The notes: a model not told the origin generated them from the letters alone. Positions 21,278 through 31,713 are shown, counted from the first letter of the stretch. The stretch is 64,000 bases of DNA from Synechococcaceae bacterium WB9_2_112 (GCA_010027605.1 RGUW01000001.1:2136-66135), one strand, 5' to 3'. Numbers and translations are program-made.

Positions 21278-21409
21278 CCCAGTCCCTCTCCGCATGGGTG
21301 CCGCCGGAATCCTTCGCTCTGCAACAGTTCCTGGCGCAGTTTCGACAAACACACACACCAAAGGGGAGTGCTCCGGTACGGTCTCCTCACCTCCAGGACG
21401 GTCGGCACA

Positions 21410-22705
21410 ATGAAACGGGTACTGGCGATCATTCTTGGCGGTGGAGCAGGTACCCGGCTGTACCCCCTGACCAAGATGCGGGCGAAGCCTGCCGTTCCTC
21501 TTGCTGGCAAATACCGTCTGATCGACATCCCGATCAGCAACTGCATCAACTCTGAGATCAACAAGATCTACGTGCTGACGCAGTTCAACAGTGCCTCCCT
21601 CAACAGGCATCTGACCATGACCTACAACCTCTCAGCGGGGTTCGGTCAGGGATTCGTGGAAGTCCTGGCAGCCCAGCAGACGCCCGACAGCCCCAGCTGG
21701 TTCGAAGGTACCGCCGATGCCGTACGCAAATATCAGTGGCTCTTCCAGGAATGGGATGTCGACCATTACCTGATCCTCTCGGGTGATCAGCTGTACCGCA
21801 TGGATTACAGCCGTTTTGTTCAGCATCACATCGACACCGGTGCTGATCTGACGGTTGGCGCCTTGCCTGTCGATGCCGCTCAGGCCGAGGGATTCGGTCT
21901 CATGCGGACCAACAGTGATGGCCGCATCCAGGAATTCAGAGAGAAGCCCAAGGGGGCTGATCTTGAAGCCATGCGTGTCGACACCCAGAGTCTGGGGCTG
22001 ACGGCTGAGGAGGCCCAGAGACGCCCCTTTCTGGCTTCCATGGGCATCTATGTCTTCAGCCGGAAGACGCTGTTTGATCTGCTCCACAGCAACCCCACCT
22101 CCACCGACTTCGGTAAGGAGATCATCCCCACCTCTCTGGCGCAGGGGGATCGGTTGCAGAGTTTTCTCTTTGACGACTACTGGGAGGACATCGGCACCAT
22201 CGGTGCGTTTTACGAGGCCAACCTGGCCCTGACACAACAGCCCAATCCCCCGTTCTCGTTCTATGACGAGAAATTTCCGATCTACACCCGGCCCCGTTAT
22301 CTGCCGCCCAGCAAGCTGCAGGACGCCCAGGTGACTGAGTCGATCATCGGAGAAGGATCGCTGCTCAAGGCCTGCAGTATTCATCACTGCGTCCTGGGGG
22401 TGCGATCCAGGGTTGAAAACGAGGTCGTGCTGCAAGACACCCTGGTCATGGGCGCCGATTACTTCGAATCGTCCGAGGAGCGTCTGGTGCTGCGTGAGCG
22501 CGGCGGGATCCCCCTCGGCGTCGGGCGCGGCACCACGGTCAAGGGCGCCATTCTTGATAAGAACGTGCGCATCGGCAGCAACGTCACGATCATCAACAAA
22601 GACCGGATCGAGGAGGCTGACCGTCCCGAGCTCAACTTCTACATCCGCAACGGCATCGTCGTGGTCGTCAAGAACGGCACCATCGCTGACGGCACCGTGA
22701 TCTGA
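21410..22705 (+). CDS. glgC: glucose-1-phosphate adenylyltransferase
   Basis: [30 protein letters not shown] is the canonical GlgC N-terminus. ATG 21410 lies inside ORF 21368..22705. Confidence 0.95.
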   Translation: MKRVLAIILGGGAGTRLYPLTKMRAKPAVPLAGKYRLIDIPISNCINSEINKIYVLTQFNSASLNRHLTMTYNLSAGFGQGFVEVLAAQQTPDSPSWFEGTADAVRKYQWLFQEWDVDHYLILSGDQLYRMDYSRFVQHHIDTGADLTVGALPVDAAQAEGFGLMRTNSDGRIQEFREKPKGADLEAMRVDTQSLGLTAEEAQRRPFLASMGIYVFSRKTLFDLLHSNPTSTDFGKEIIPTSLAQGDRLQSFLFDDYWEDIGTIGAFYEANLALTQQPNPPFSFYDEKFPIYTRPRYLPPSKLQDAQVTESIIGEGSLLKACSIHHCVLGVRSRVENEVVLQDTLVMGADYFESSEERLVLRERGGIPLGVGRGTTVKGAILDKNVRIGSNVTIINKDRIEEADRPELNFYIRNGIVVVVKNGTIADGTVI

Positions 22706-22823
22706 TCAGGGCCACAGCCTCCTTGAGGGAATCCTCACGATGTTGTGACAGGCGTCACCAACACGGTTGGTGACTCCGGCGAGGCTGGCCACACTGTGGG
22801 GGCGCTACTCCTGACCGCACTCC

Positions 22824-24254
22824 ATGGGCAAGGCACATTTCGGCCTGATCGGCCTCGGTGTGATGGGCGAGAACCTTGTGCTCAACGCTGAGCGCAACGG
22901 CTTCTCTTCCGTCGTCTACAACCGCACCCATGCCAAGACCGAGGAGTTCCTGGCAGGCCGCGGGGCTGGCAAGGACATCGTCGGCGCCGCCACCCTCGAG
23001 GACTTCGTCGCAACGCTGGAGCGACCGCGCCGGATCCTCATGATGGTCAAGGCAGGGCAACCGATCGATGACCTGATCGCCACGCTGTCCCCGTTGCTGG
23101 AGGAGGGTGATCTGCTCATCGACGGTGGCAACTCGCTGTACACCGATACCGAACGGCGTGTGGCCGAACTCGAAAGCAGGAGCTTCGGTTACATCGGTAT
23201 GGGCGTTTCCGGTGGTGCCAAAGGGGCACTGGAGGGTCCCAGCATGATGCCGGGAGGCACGCGCGCCGCCTACGACGCCATTGAGAGCCTGGTGCGCAAG
23301 ATGGCGGCCCAGGTCGACGACGGCCCCTGCGTCACCTACATCGGCCCGGGAGGTGCCGGTCACTTCGTCAAGACCGTTCACAACGGCATCGAATACGGCA
23401 TCGAGCAGGTGCTGGCTGAGGCCTACGACCTGATGAAACGGGTCGGAGGGCTCGGCGGCACCCAGATGGCCGATGTGCTCGGTCAATGGAACAGCACCGA
23501 GGAACTGGCTTCGTTTCTGGTTGAAATCACCGAGGTCTGCCTTCGGACCAAGGATCCCGACACCGGCAGCGATCTGGTCGAGGCGATTGTGGACGCGGCC
23601 GGTCAGAAGGGCACCGGACTGTGGACCGTCGAAAGCGCCCTCAATATGGGCATCGCTGTGCCGACCATCTATGCCGCTCTCAATGCGCGCGTGATGAGCT
23701 CATTGCGACCTGAGCGTCTGGCTGCCGAGGCGATCCTGCCCGCGGTTGGCCCTGTCAGTACACCGAGCCATGCCTTCTCTCTCGGCGACGGTCCGGATCT
23801 GAGCGACCTGCGCGATGCCACCATCCTGGCGGCGATGGCCAGCTATGCCCAGGGCATGGCACTGCTGCAGGAGGCCAGCAAGCTCCACAGCTACAAGCTC
23901 GACTTCGCAGCCATCGGCCAGATCTGGAAGGGGGGCTGCATCATTCGCGCACGCCTGCTGCAGCGCATCCAGAACGCCTACTCCGCCAACCAGAATCTGC
24001 CCAATCTGCTGATCGATCCCTGGTTTGCCGAACAGGTCAACCGGCGCATCGGAGGTCTGCGACGGATCGTGGCCGGCGCCGCTGCAAGCGGCATTCCGGT
24101 GCCCTGTTTCAGCAGCACCCTGGACTACATCAGCAGCTACGGCACGGGACGCCTGCCCCAGAACCTGGTTCAGGCCATGCGTGACTGCTTCGGCAGCCAT
24201 ACCTATCAACGCGTGGACCGTGACGGCACCTTCCACACCGAGTGGCTTCCATGA
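22824..24254 (+). CDS. gnd: 6-phosphogluconate dehydrogenase (decarboxylating)
   Basis: FGLIGLGVMGENL NADP fold and GHFVKTVHNGIEYG, 476 aa. Confidence 0.95.
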   Translation: MGKAHFGLIGLGVMGENLVLNAERNGFSSVVYNRTHAKTEEFLAGRGAGKDIVGAATLEDFVATLERPRRILMMVKAGQPIDDLIATLSPLLEEGDLLIDGGNSLYTDTERRVAELESRSFGYIGMGVSGGAKGALEGPSMMPGGTRAAYDAIESLVRKMAAQVDDGPCVTYIGPGGAGHFVKTVHNGIEYGIEQVLAEAYDLMKRVGGLGGTQMADVLGQWNSTEELASFLVEITEVCLRTKDPDTGSDLVEAIVDAAGQKGTGLWTVESALNMGIAVPTIYAALNARVMSSLRPERLAAEAILPAVGPVSTPSHAFSLGDGPDLSDLRDATILAAMASYAQGMALLQEASKLHSYKLDFAAIGQIWKGGCIIRARLLQRIQNAYSANQNLPNLLIDPWFAEQVNRRIGGLRRIVAGAAASGIPVPCFSSTLDYISSYGTGRLPQNLVQAMRDCFGSHTYQRVDRDGTFHTEWLP

Positions 24255-24973
24255 CCTCCTACCGCCTGCAGATCTGTCCGACGGCCGAGGATCTGGCTCG
24301 CCAGGGCGCCGAGCAGATCGCCAGCCTGATCGACCAGGCTCTTGGCGAGCGCGACAGGGTCCAGATCGCCCTTGCCGGGGGTGAAACCCCGCGAGCGGCC
24401 TACAGCCTGCTGGCCCGTCAGCACCTTCCCTGGGATCGGGTCGATGTGCTTCTCGGTGATGAGCGCTGGGTTCCAGCCGAGGATCCCAGCAGCAATGCGT
24501 TGATGTTGCGGCAGACACTCCTGGCGGCAGGCCAACCCGGCAGCGAGGCCCGGTTCCATCCGGTGCCGACCCATCTGGCCGACCCGGTCGCCGGGGCCGA
24601 TGCCATGGCCACGTTGCTCGAGACGCTCTGCCCTGGAATCCCTCCACAACTGGATCTCGTGCTGCTGGGTCTCGGCGATGACGGCCATACGGCGTCGCTG
24701 TTTCCGGGAACGAGGGCCCCTGAGGTCAACGACCGCTGGACCACCATCGGTGAGGGGAAGGGGCTGCCGCGCGTCAGCCTCACAGCACCGGTGCTGAGCG
24801 CCGCCAGACGGGTGCTCTTTCTGGTGAGTGGAAGCGGCAAGCAACAGGCCTTGCGTCGCCTGCTGGATCCAGCTGAAGATCCCCGGCGTACGCCGGCCCG
24901 GTTGGTGCAACCCGCCCAGGAGGTGCTCGTACTGGCTGATCAGGCCGCAGCGGCAGGACTGGCCTCTGGCTGA
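24242..24973 (+). CDS. pgl: 6-phosphogluconolactonase
   Basis: LAGGETPRAAY and LLGLGDDGHTASLFP motifs. It overlaps the gnd stop by 13 nt. Confidence 0.88.
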   Translation: MASMTSYRLQICPTAEDLARQGAEQIASLIDQALGERDRVQIALAGGETPRAAYSLLARQHLPWDRVDVLLGDERWVPAEDPSSNALMLRQTLLAAGQPGSEARFHPVPTHLADPVAGADAMATLLETLCPGIPPQLDLVLLGLGDDGHTASLFPGTRAPEVNDRWTTIGEGKGLPRVSLTAPVLSAARRVLFLVSGSGKQQALRRLLDPAEDPRRTPARLVQPAQEVLVLADQAAAAGLASG

Positions 24974-25062
24974 GACCGGCTGAGCAGATGGAGCGTCGAA
25001 CTCACAGAGCCCGATTGAGGCAGCAATCTGCCAGGCTCAACAGCTGATGACATGCCAGGGCC

Positions 25063-25656
25063 ATGCCGGCTGCCGATGCCAGGGTTCTGTTCAGGGGCGA
25101 CGACTTTGCCGGTTGGCACGCCCTCAATGACCCGATTATGGGAGGACGCAGCAGCGGCCAGGTGCGGATCCACAGCCAACAGGGCCTGCTGTTTGACGGT
25201 GAGGTCGTCGAACAGGGGGGAGGGTTCATCAGCGCCCGGTCACCGCAGTTCTCACCGCCATTGGATCTGTCAAGCTACACGGCCCTCCATCTGGAGATCG
25301 CAGGCGAAGGCAGGCGTTTCAAGTTGGCACTGGCCTGCAGCGATGGTGTGGGCGGCCTGACCAACCTGATTCCAGGAGGTCTGCGCTGGGTGAGCGAATT
25401 CGCCACCGATGCTGCCGGCATCAGCGAAGTGCTGATTCCTTTCGATTCCCTGAGCGCGTCGGTGCGTGCCCAGCCCGTGCAGTCGTTACCGCTGGGCTAC
25501 GTGCCGCGTTTCGATGCGTCCCGCATCACCCGGCTGCAGCTGCTGCATTCCAAATTTGACGACCAGGGCGGGCTGAATCAGGGATTCCGCGCCGGCCCCA
25601 TCGCCATGCAGCTCAGGCAGATCTCTGCCTTGTCGCAGAGTGCGTCTGTGGGCTGA
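25063..25656 (+). CDS. CIA30 family protein
   Basis: NDPIMGGRSSG near the N-terminus and the 197-aa size fit the complex I intermediate-associated protein 30 domain. Confidence 0.7.
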   Translation: MPAADARVLFRGDDFAGWHALNDPIMGGRSSGQVRIHSQQGLLFDGEVVEQGGGFISARSPQFSPPLDLSSYTALHLEIAGEGRRFKLALACSDGVGGLTNLIPGGLRWVSEFATDAAGISEVLIPFDSLSASVRAQPVQSLPLGYVPRFDASRITRLQLLHSKFDDQGGLNQGFRAGPIAMQLRQISALSQSASVG

Positions 25657-25659
25657 GCG

Positions 25660-26058
25660 ATGCACCTCGTTGAGGAGTCCACCGACCCCCAGGGGTTGCT
25701 GCAGGCCGTTGCCCAGGCAGCGGATCTGTGCCGCAAACCCTGGCGCCATGCAGCGCGCTTTGGTGGCGATGGGCCCAGCAGCATCGGTGACAGCAGCGAC
25801 TGCCTGGTCCTGATCGAAACGCGTGACGCTGATGGGACCCGGCAGCCCTCGCTGGATCTGGAACTGGAGATCTACCGCAGTGGTGAGGCCCTGCATTTCA
25901 TGGTGGCGCTCGGAGCAGACCAGGCAGCGCCGTTGCTCTGGCATGGCCATCACCCCGTCTGGATGGATGCCCAGAGCGGGATTCGCATGGAGCGACCGCC
26001 AGCTGGTGCCCCGCTCGAGGCCTTGTGCAGACGACTGAAAGCCCTGCTTCAGACCTGA
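25660..26058 (+). CDS. hypothetical protein
   Basis: 132-aa ORF 3 nt after the CIA30 gene on the same strand. No family recognised. Confidence 0.4.
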   Translation: MHLVEESTDPQGLLQAVAQAADLCRKPWRHAARFGGDGPSSIGDSSDCLVLIETRDADGTRQPSLDLELEIYRSGEALHFMVALGADQAAPLLWHGHHPVWMDAQSGIRMERPPAGAPLEALCRRLKALLQT

Positions 26059-27719
26059 TCGGTCACCGCCCCCCGGCTGCTGCTGCTGACCAGGCGGGCG
26101 TATTTACCCAGCACACCCGTGCGGTAGCGGGGTTCAGGCCTGACCCAGGCGGTGCGCCGGCGATCCAGTTCCTCGTCGCTGATGTTGAGCTGGATCAACA
26201 ACTGATGAGCGTCAACAGTGATGCTGTCGCCCTCGTGCACCAGGCCGATGGTGCCGCCCACGGCGGCTTCAGGCGCCACATGGCCCACCACCATGCCGTA
26301 GGTGCCGCCTGAGAAGCGTCCGTCGGTGATCAGCGCCACCGAATCACCGAGACCCTCACCGATGATGGCAGCGGTCGGGGCCAGCATCTCGCGCATGCCC
26401 GGGCCACCCACCGGGCCCTCGTTGCGAATCACAACCACGTCGCCGGGCCTGATCTGCTTGGCCAGAATCGCCGCCAGAGCGTCCTCTTCGCTTTCGAACA
26501 CCCGTGCCGGTCCGGTGACCGACGGATTCTTGACGCCGCTGATCTTGGCGACGCTGCCCTCACTGGCCAGATTGCCCTTGAGGATCGCCAGGTGCCCTTT
26601 GGCATAGAGGGGATCACTGAGGGGGCGAATCACCTCCTGGCCGGCCGGGGGTGTGCCGGGCACATCGGCCAGCACCTCATTCAAGGTCTTGCCCTCGACC
26701 GTGCGGCAGTCGCCGTGCAGCAGGCCCGCATCGAGCAGCAGCTTCATCACCTGAGGAATACCGCCGGCCTTGTGCAGATCAACGGTGACGAAACGGCCGC
26801 TGGGTTTCAGGTCGCAGATCACCGGCACCCGCTGGCGGATCGTCTCGAAATCATCGATGCTGAGCTCGACGCCGGCGGTGCGAGCCACGGCGAGCAGATG
26901 CAGCACCGAGTTGGTCGAGCCGCCCACCGCCATGATGACCGCGATGGCGTTCTCGAAGGCCTCGCGGGTCATCAGGTCGCGAGGGCGGATGTTGCGGGCG
27001 ATGGCCTCGACGAGCACCTCGGCACTGCGGGCGGCGCTGTCAGCCTTTTCAGGATCTTCGGCAGCCATGGTCGAGCTGTAGGGAAGGCTCAGGCCCATGG
27101 CCTCAAAGGCTGCGCTCATCGTGTTGGCCGTGAACATGCCCCCGCAGCTGCCGGCGCCGGGGCAGGCATTCTTTTCGATGGCGGTGAGCTGCTGCTCATC
27201 GATCTTGCCGCCGCTGTACTGGCCTACCGCTTCGAAAGCGCTGACCACCGTCAGATCACAGGCACCGAGCTTGCCTGGCTTGATCGTGCCGCCGTAGACG
27301 AACACCGCGGGAATGTTCATGCGCGCCATGGCGAGCATGGCGCCGGGCATGTTCTTGTCGCAGCCACCGATCGCCAGCAGCCCATCCATGCTCTGCGCAT
27401 TGCAGGCGGTCTCGATCGAATCGGCGATCACCTCGCGGCTCACCAGCGAGTACTTCATGCCCTCGGTTCCCATCGAGATGCCGTCGCTGACGGTGATGGT
27501 CCCGAAGGTCTGGGGCATGGAACCGGCCCTCTGGGCGGCCTGTTCTGCCCGGCGGGTCAGGTCGTTGAGACCGATGTTGCACGGTGTGATCGTGCTGTAC
27601 CCGTTGGCGATGCCGATGATCGGCTTGTTGAAATCGCCGTCGCCGAAGCCGACCGCCCGCAACATGGCCCGGTTGGGCGATCGCTGGATTCCCTGGGTGA
27701 TGGCGGCAGAGCGGAGCAT
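26049..27719 (-). CDS. ilvD: dihydroxy-acid dehydratase
   Basis: 556 aa. [32 protein letters not shown] and [16 protein letters not shown] are IlvD signatures. Confidence 0.96.
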   Translation of the reverse strand: MLRSAAITQGIQRSPNRAMLRAVGFGDGDFNKPIIGIANGYSTITPCNIGLNDLTRRAEQAAQRAGSMPQTFGTITVSDGISMGTEGMKYSLVSREVIADSIETACNAQSMDGLLAIGGCDKNMPGAMLAMARMNIPAVFVYGGTIKPGKLGACDLTVVSAFEAVGQYSGGKIDEQQLTAIEKNACPGAGSCGGMFTANTMSAAFEAMGLSLPYSSTMAAEDPEKADSAARSAEVLVEAIARNIRPRDLMTREAFENAIAVIMAVGGSTNSVLHLLAVARTAGVELSIDDFETIRQRVPVICDLKPSGRFVTVDLHKAGGIPQVMKLLLDAGLLHGDCRTVEGKTLNEVLADVPGTPPAGQEVIRPLSDPLYAKGHLAILKGNLASEGSVAKISGVKNPSVTGPARVFESEEDALAAILAKQIRPGDVVVIRNEGPVGGPGMREMLAPTAAIIGEGLGDSVALITDGRFSGGTYGMVVGHVAPEAAVGGTIGLVHEGDSITVDAHQLLIQLNISDEELDRRRTAWVRPEPRYRTGVLGKYARLVSSSSRGAVTDQV

Positions 27720-27746
27720 GGGCGGTGTGATGGGCCGCTCTGCAAC

Positions 27747-28064
27747 CTACCGACTCCCCATGCTCTCGAGTTGGCGGCGCACCTCGTCGATCGCCTGATT
27801 GAGCTCATGCACCTTGTCGTGCAGTTCGCGCTCCTGCTGGGCCCCGTGGCCATTGCCGCTGCCCAGAGTCTGGGCCGAATCGATCGTGTCGACGCCTTCC
27901 TGAAGCCGGCTGAGCCGGAGAGCCCGCTGATGGCGCGGCCCGAGCCGCCGCCGTTCGGCTTCCGAAAGAAGCCACCAGGCCAGACCGGCGGCCCCGAGCA
28001 TGGCACCAGCAACGGCGGTGAGCACCACGCTGCTGCCAGATCCAGCCTGGTTGTGTGTTGCCAT
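27747..28064 (-). CDS. hypothetical membrane-anchored protein
   Basis: 105-aa ORF with one N-terminal TM (VVLTAVAGAMLGAAGLAWWLL) and a helical C-terminus. It sits between upp and ilvD on the same strand. Confidence 0.45.
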   Translation of the reverse strand: MATHNQAGSGSSVVLTAVAGAMLGAAGLAWWLLSEAERRRLGPRHQRALRLSRLQEGVDTIDSAQTLGSGNGHGAQQERELHDKVHELNQAIDEVRRQLESMGSR

Positions 28065-28096
28065 CGCAGCGGACAGACCTGAAGCCTGATCTCAGA

Positions 28097-28741
28097 TTAG
28101 TGGGCGCTGGCGAATCCGAGCAGGCGCTGCTGCATGTTGCCGACGCCTGGCACGACCCGCCCCGCTTCTGTGAGATCGGGATCGATCGCGGCGGTGTAGA
28201 TCGTCAGCGACCCATGCCGCTCGCCCACCGCCTGCAGAGCCGGGGCTGCGGCAATCGCCGTGATCAGGCGCAGTCGTTGCCCACTGACACCCAGACCGGC
28301 GAGATGGTCGAGCAGAGCGAGCAAGGGCTCGGGCTGAGCGAGCTCGCCCCAATAGATCAGAACACCGGCGCGCGCATCGATGGCTGCAGGCAAAACCATG
28401 GGCCCTGAAGTTCCGGTTTCCGATCCCACCATCCCCAATTGGGCCGCCGGCAGGACAGCCTGCCCCCCCTGCCATAGACCCAGCCCTGCAGGCAGCGAGA
28501 CGGCAGCGAGCAGTGGCACCGACGCATCAATCACCTGACCGTGTGTGACGCCGCCATCGGTGTCGACCTGCAGATCCTGGTGCGGCAACCAGTCACGCAG
28601 GGCCTCGTAGCTGAGCCAGCGTCCCAGTTCAGCCAGGGCTGAACCGTAGAGGGGCTGTGGGGTCTGGCGATCGCGCAACACGGTCAGCCAGTGGTTGAGC
28701 AGGGGGTGGGGCGGGACCACGACCCGCAGAGCCATCGCCAT
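28097..28741 (-). CDS. upp: uracil phosphoribosyltransferase
   Basis: MAMALRVVVPPHPLLNHWLTVLRD is typical of the cyanobacterial Upp N-terminus. The start was chosen from three closely spaced ATGs (28735, 28741, 28750). The upstream ORF extension is antisense to the pentapeptide gene. Confidence 0.85.
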   Translation of the reverse strand: MAMALRVVVPPHPLLNHWLTVLRDRQTPQPLYGSALAELGRWLSYEALRDWLPHQDLQVDTDGGVTHGQVIDASVPLLAAVSLPAGLGLWQGGQAVLPAAQLGMVGSETGTSGPMVLPAAIDARAGVLIYWGELAQPEPLLALLDHLAGLGVSGQRLRLITAIAAAPALQAVGERHGSLTIYTAAIDPDLTEAGRVVPGVGNMQQRLLGFASAH

Positions 28742-28780
28742 GGCTGCCATAACTTGTTGAGCCACCGTAGATCGCGCTCC

Positions 28781-29281
28781 ATGGCACGCCTCCTTGTTGC
28801 CGCCGTTGTGGCCCTGGCACTGATGGTCACCAGCACGGTCGGCTCGGCCACGGCATGGGCGATCACGGCTCCGGAACTGCGTGGCCAGCGCGCCTTGCAG
28901 GATCTGCAACCAGACATGCATGGCCGCGATCTCAAGCAGCAGGAGTTCCTCAAGGCCGAGCTGGCCGGGTTTGATTTCAGCGGTGCCGATCTGCGGGGCG
29001 CCGTGTTCAACAGCAGCAACCTTCAGGAAGCGAATCTGCAAGCCGCCGATCTGGAGGATGTGGTGGCCTATGCCAGCCGCTTTGAACGGGCCGATCTGCA
29101 CGACGCCGTCCTGCGCAACGCCATGCTCATGCAAAGCCACTTTGCGGGGGCTGAGATCAGCGGTGCCGACTTCAGCGATGCGGTGCTCGATCTGCCGGAG
29201 CAGAAGGCGCTCTGCGCAAGAGCCAGCGGTCGCAACAGCCGCACCGGTGTGAGCACCCGTGACAGTCTGGCCTGCCGCTGA
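28781..29281 (+). CDS. pentapeptide repeat protein with signal peptide
   Basis: Signal-like MARLLVAAVVALALMV..., then tandem A(D/N)LxG-type pentapeptides (ADLRGAVFNSSNLQEANLQAADLED...). Confidence 0.8.
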   Translation: MARLLVAAVVALALMVTSTVGSATAWAITAPELRGQRALQDLQPDMHGRDLKQQEFLKAELAGFDFSGADLRGAVFNSSNLQEANLQAADLEDVVAYASRFERADLHDAVLRNAMLMQSHFAGAEISGADFSDAVLDLPEQKALCARASGRNSRTGVSTRDSLACR

Positions 29282-29295
29282 GGCTGACCCATAGA

Positions 29296-29425
29296 TTGGG
29301 GTGACCGGTTGTGGAGGGGACCAGCCTCCACACGCAAGGGGGAAAGTCCGGTGCAAATCCGGCGCTGTCCCGCAGCTGTAATGGCCGCAAGGCCGAGTCA
29401 GAACGCCCGCCGGTTCATCTCAGCA
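29296..29425 (+). promoter_or_regulatory. cobalamin (AdoCbl) riboswitch
   Basis: Conserved core GGGAAAGTCCGGTGCAAATCCGGCGCTGTCCCGCAGCTGTAA and a B12-box-like GAGTCAGAACGCCCGCC. Hairpins GTGGAGG/CCTCCAC (29311-29331) and GGCC-GCAA-GGCC are present. It lies directly 5' of hupE-cobW. Confidence 0.85.
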
Positions 29426-29446
29426 TCCGGCGCGGACCGTACTCAC

Positions 29447-30058
29447 ATGCCTTCTGTTTCCACCAAGGGGCCAGCCCTGCTTGCAGGCGCTGCTGGAACC
29501 CTGTGCCTCATCGCGGCCCTTCCGGCCCACGCCCATCACCTGATGGAGCTCACCGGCATGGCACCCACGCCCCTCAATGGCCTGATCAGCGGTCTGGCAC
29601 ACCCGGTCATCGGTCCTGACCATCTGCTGTTTTTGCTCGCCCTGGCTCTGGTGGCCCTGCGACGTCCGCTGCCCTGGGTGGCGGGCCTGCTTGGTGTCGG
29701 CATGCTCGGCAGTGTTGTCGGCCTGGTCTGGCCGGCTCTGCCTGGTGCAGAACTGCTGGTCAGCCTCTCTCTGGTGCTTGAAGCGCTGGTGATCCTGGAG
29801 CGACTGCCTGCGGGCCTGCTGGTCCCGGCGATGGCCCTGCACGGGTACGTGCTCAGCGCCTCCGTGCTGGGCTGGAACAGCATGCCGATCGCCACCTATC
29901 TGGTGGGCCTGCTGGTCAGCCAGCTGGTGCTGCTGGTCCTGACCCAGACCCTGATGAAGCGGGCCGCCACCGTGGTGCAGCCCTCCCGACGCCGGCTGAT
30001 CGCACTCGCTCTGATGGGTCTTGGCGGAGCCTGGGCCGTGGCCCAGGTCATGGCCTGA
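29447..30058 (+). CDS. hupE: HupE/UreJ family metal (Ni/Co) transporter
   Basis: Signal peptide ending AHAHH, then GLAHPVIGPDHLLFLLAL, typical of HupE/UreJ, with multiple TMs. ATG 29447 lies downstream of the riboswitch. Confidence 0.8.
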   Translation: MPSVSTKGPALLAGAAGTLCLIAALPAHAHHLMELTGMAPTPLNGLISGLAHPVIGPDHLLFLLALALVALRRPLPWVAGLLGVGMLGSVVGLVWPALPGAELLVSLSLVLEALVILERLPAGLLVPAMALHGYVLSASVLGWNSMPIATYLVGLLVSQLVLLVLTQTLMKRAATVVQPSRRRLIALALMGLGGAWAVAQVMA

Positions 30059-30061
30059 GTC

Positions 30062-31279
30062 GTGATGAGCACAACGCAACGGCGCCTGCCGGTCACCGTG
30101 GTGACCGGCTTTCTGGGTGCAGGTAAAACCACGCTGCTGCGCCAGTTGTTGCAGCAGAGCGGCCAGCGGCTGGCCGTGGTGGTCAACGAATTCGGTGAGG
30201 TCGGCATCGATGGTGCCCTGCTCCGCTCCTGCGGCTTCTGCCCTGAAGCCGAGCTCGACAGCCGCCTGATCGAACTGGCCAATGGTTGTCTCTGCTGCAC
30301 GGTGCAGGACGACTTCCTGCCCACCATGGAGCGGCTGCTGCTGCGGGCCGATCAACTCGACGGCATCGTGGTCGAGACCAGTGGTCTGGCCCTGCCGCAG
30401 CCGCTGGTGGCCGCCTTCGGGTGGCCGCAGATCCGGTCCCGCACCAGGGTGCATGCCGTCGTCACCGTTGTCGATGGCGAGGCGCTCGCCGCAGGCGCTG
30501 TGGTGGCCAATCCTGAAGCGCTTGAAGCCCAGCGACAGGCGGACCCCAGTCTGGATCATTACGAGGCCATCGACGACCTCTTCGACGATCAACTGAGCTC
30601 CGCTGACCTGGTGTTGATCAGTCGGGCGGATCTGTTGCCATCCAACGAGCTCGAACGCGTGGAGACAAGGCTGCGCGGGCGATGTCGGGCCGGAATCCCC
30701 GTGTTGCCGATGGCCCAGGGTCACATCGACCCGGACCTTCTGCTCGGCTGCGTCGACGACGAATCACCGGCACAGACCGGCAGCCGGCACCAGCACAACG
30801 ACGTCCGCGATCACCACGCCCAGGATCACGCACACAGTCACGACCATCACCAGCACGATCATGACGATGTCGATCACGGCAATGATCATGCTGACGATCG
30901 CGATCATGTTGTCGGTCACGATCACGATGGCGCGCACGATCACAGCCATGTGCCGATCGAGTCGGTCGCCATGACCTTGCGGGGACGTTGGAGCCAGGCT
31001 CAGCTGGAAACAGGGTTGCGCCACTTGATCGCCGAGCACGGTCTCATCCGTGCCAAGGGTTGGCTGGCCATGGCTGGCAAGCAGCGTCTGTTGCAGGTTC
31101 AGGCGGTTGGACCTCGGCTGCAGTGCTGGTATGAGGGTCAGCGGAATCCAGAGACAGCAGACGACGGTCCAGGTGAACTGCAGCTGGTGCTGTTGGGCTT
31201 TCAATTGGACCGCAACCGGCTGGAGCAGCAACTGACCGCGATGGCTGAACCGCCCGTTGCTGCTGCGAAGGTGAACTGA
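30062..31279 (+). CDS. cobW: CobW/COG0523 family metallochaperone GTPase
   Basis: P-loop GFLGAGKTTLL, CxCC motif GCLCCTV, and a His/Asp-rich tract before the C-terminal CobW_C-like domain. Confidence 0.85.
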   Translation: MMSTTQRRLPVTVVTGFLGAGKTTLLRQLLQQSGQRLAVVVNEFGEVGIDGALLRSCGFCPEAELDSRLIELANGCLCCTVQDDFLPTMERLLLRADQLDGIVVETSGLALPQPLVAAFGWPQIRSRTRVHAVVTVVDGEALAAGAVVANPEALEAQRQADPSLDHYEAIDDLFDDQLSSADLVLISRADLLPSNELERVETRLRGRCRAGIPVLPMAQGHIDPDLLLGCVDDESPAQTGSRHQHNDVRDHHAQDHAHSHDHHQHDHDDVDHGNDHADDRDHVVGHDHDGAHDHSHVPIESVAMTLRGRWSQAQLETGLRHLIAEHGLIRAKGWLAMAGKQRLLQVQAVGPRLQCWYEGQRNPETADDGPGELQLVLLGFQLDRNRLEQQLTAMAEPPVAAAKVN

Positions 31280-31289
31280 TCGGGATCGA

Positions 31290-31655
31290 TCAGTCCAGGG
31301 GAATCAGACCCCGGGCGCAGATTCCGTCCCAGCAGAGGCTGGCATCGGCCAGCCACCGCGCTTCCACGGCGTGCCAACCACCGTTGCCCTGCCGCATCGA
31401 GATCTGCCCGCGACCGTCATGGCGAAAGTCAATCGACTGCTGACCGATTCGCAGGGTCCAGCACATGCCATCTGCAGCCAGGACCATCTGGCAGCGTTGC
31501 CACTGACCCGGCAAGTGCCGGCAGCGCAGCTCTGCTGTGCTCTGGGCCAGCGCTGGGCCGGGTACTGGGGTCAGTGCACCCAACAGGGCAACGCAAGCCA
31601 GCCAGATGGCGATCACGGCGCTCAACCCCCAGGTGCGGATGGACACCGTGATCAC
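31290..31655 (-). CDS. hypothetical secreted/membrane protein (Cys-rich)
   Basis: 121-aa ORF with an N-terminal hydrophobic segment and several Cys. It converges on cobW with a 10-nt spacer. No family recognised. Confidence 0.4.
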   Translation of the reverse strand: MITVSIRTWGLSAVIAIWLACVALLGALTPVPGPALAQSTAELRCRHLPGQWQRCQMVLAADGMCWTLRIGQQSIDFRHDGRGQISMRQGNGGWHAVEARWLADASLCWDGICARGLIPLD

Positions 31656-31713
31656 GCCTTGACGCGTCGAGAACGGGGGCTGGCAAGATTTAACAACTGT
31701 CTGGCTGGATCCG

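Noticed and set aside
26592-28082. 496-aa plus-strand ORF
   Set aside because: It is antisense to ilvD and the adjacent small gene. It is rich in Gly/Ala/His/Arg with no family resemblance.
28751-29356. N-terminal 200-aa extension of the upp ORF (28097..29356)
   Set aside because: The Upp homology begins at MAMALRVVVPPHP (about 28741). The extension is antisense to the pentapeptide-repeat gene and would run through the riboswitch.
29420-30724. 434-aa minus-strand ORF
   Set aside because: It is antisense to hupE and cobW, which are supported by motifs and by the upstream riboswitch.
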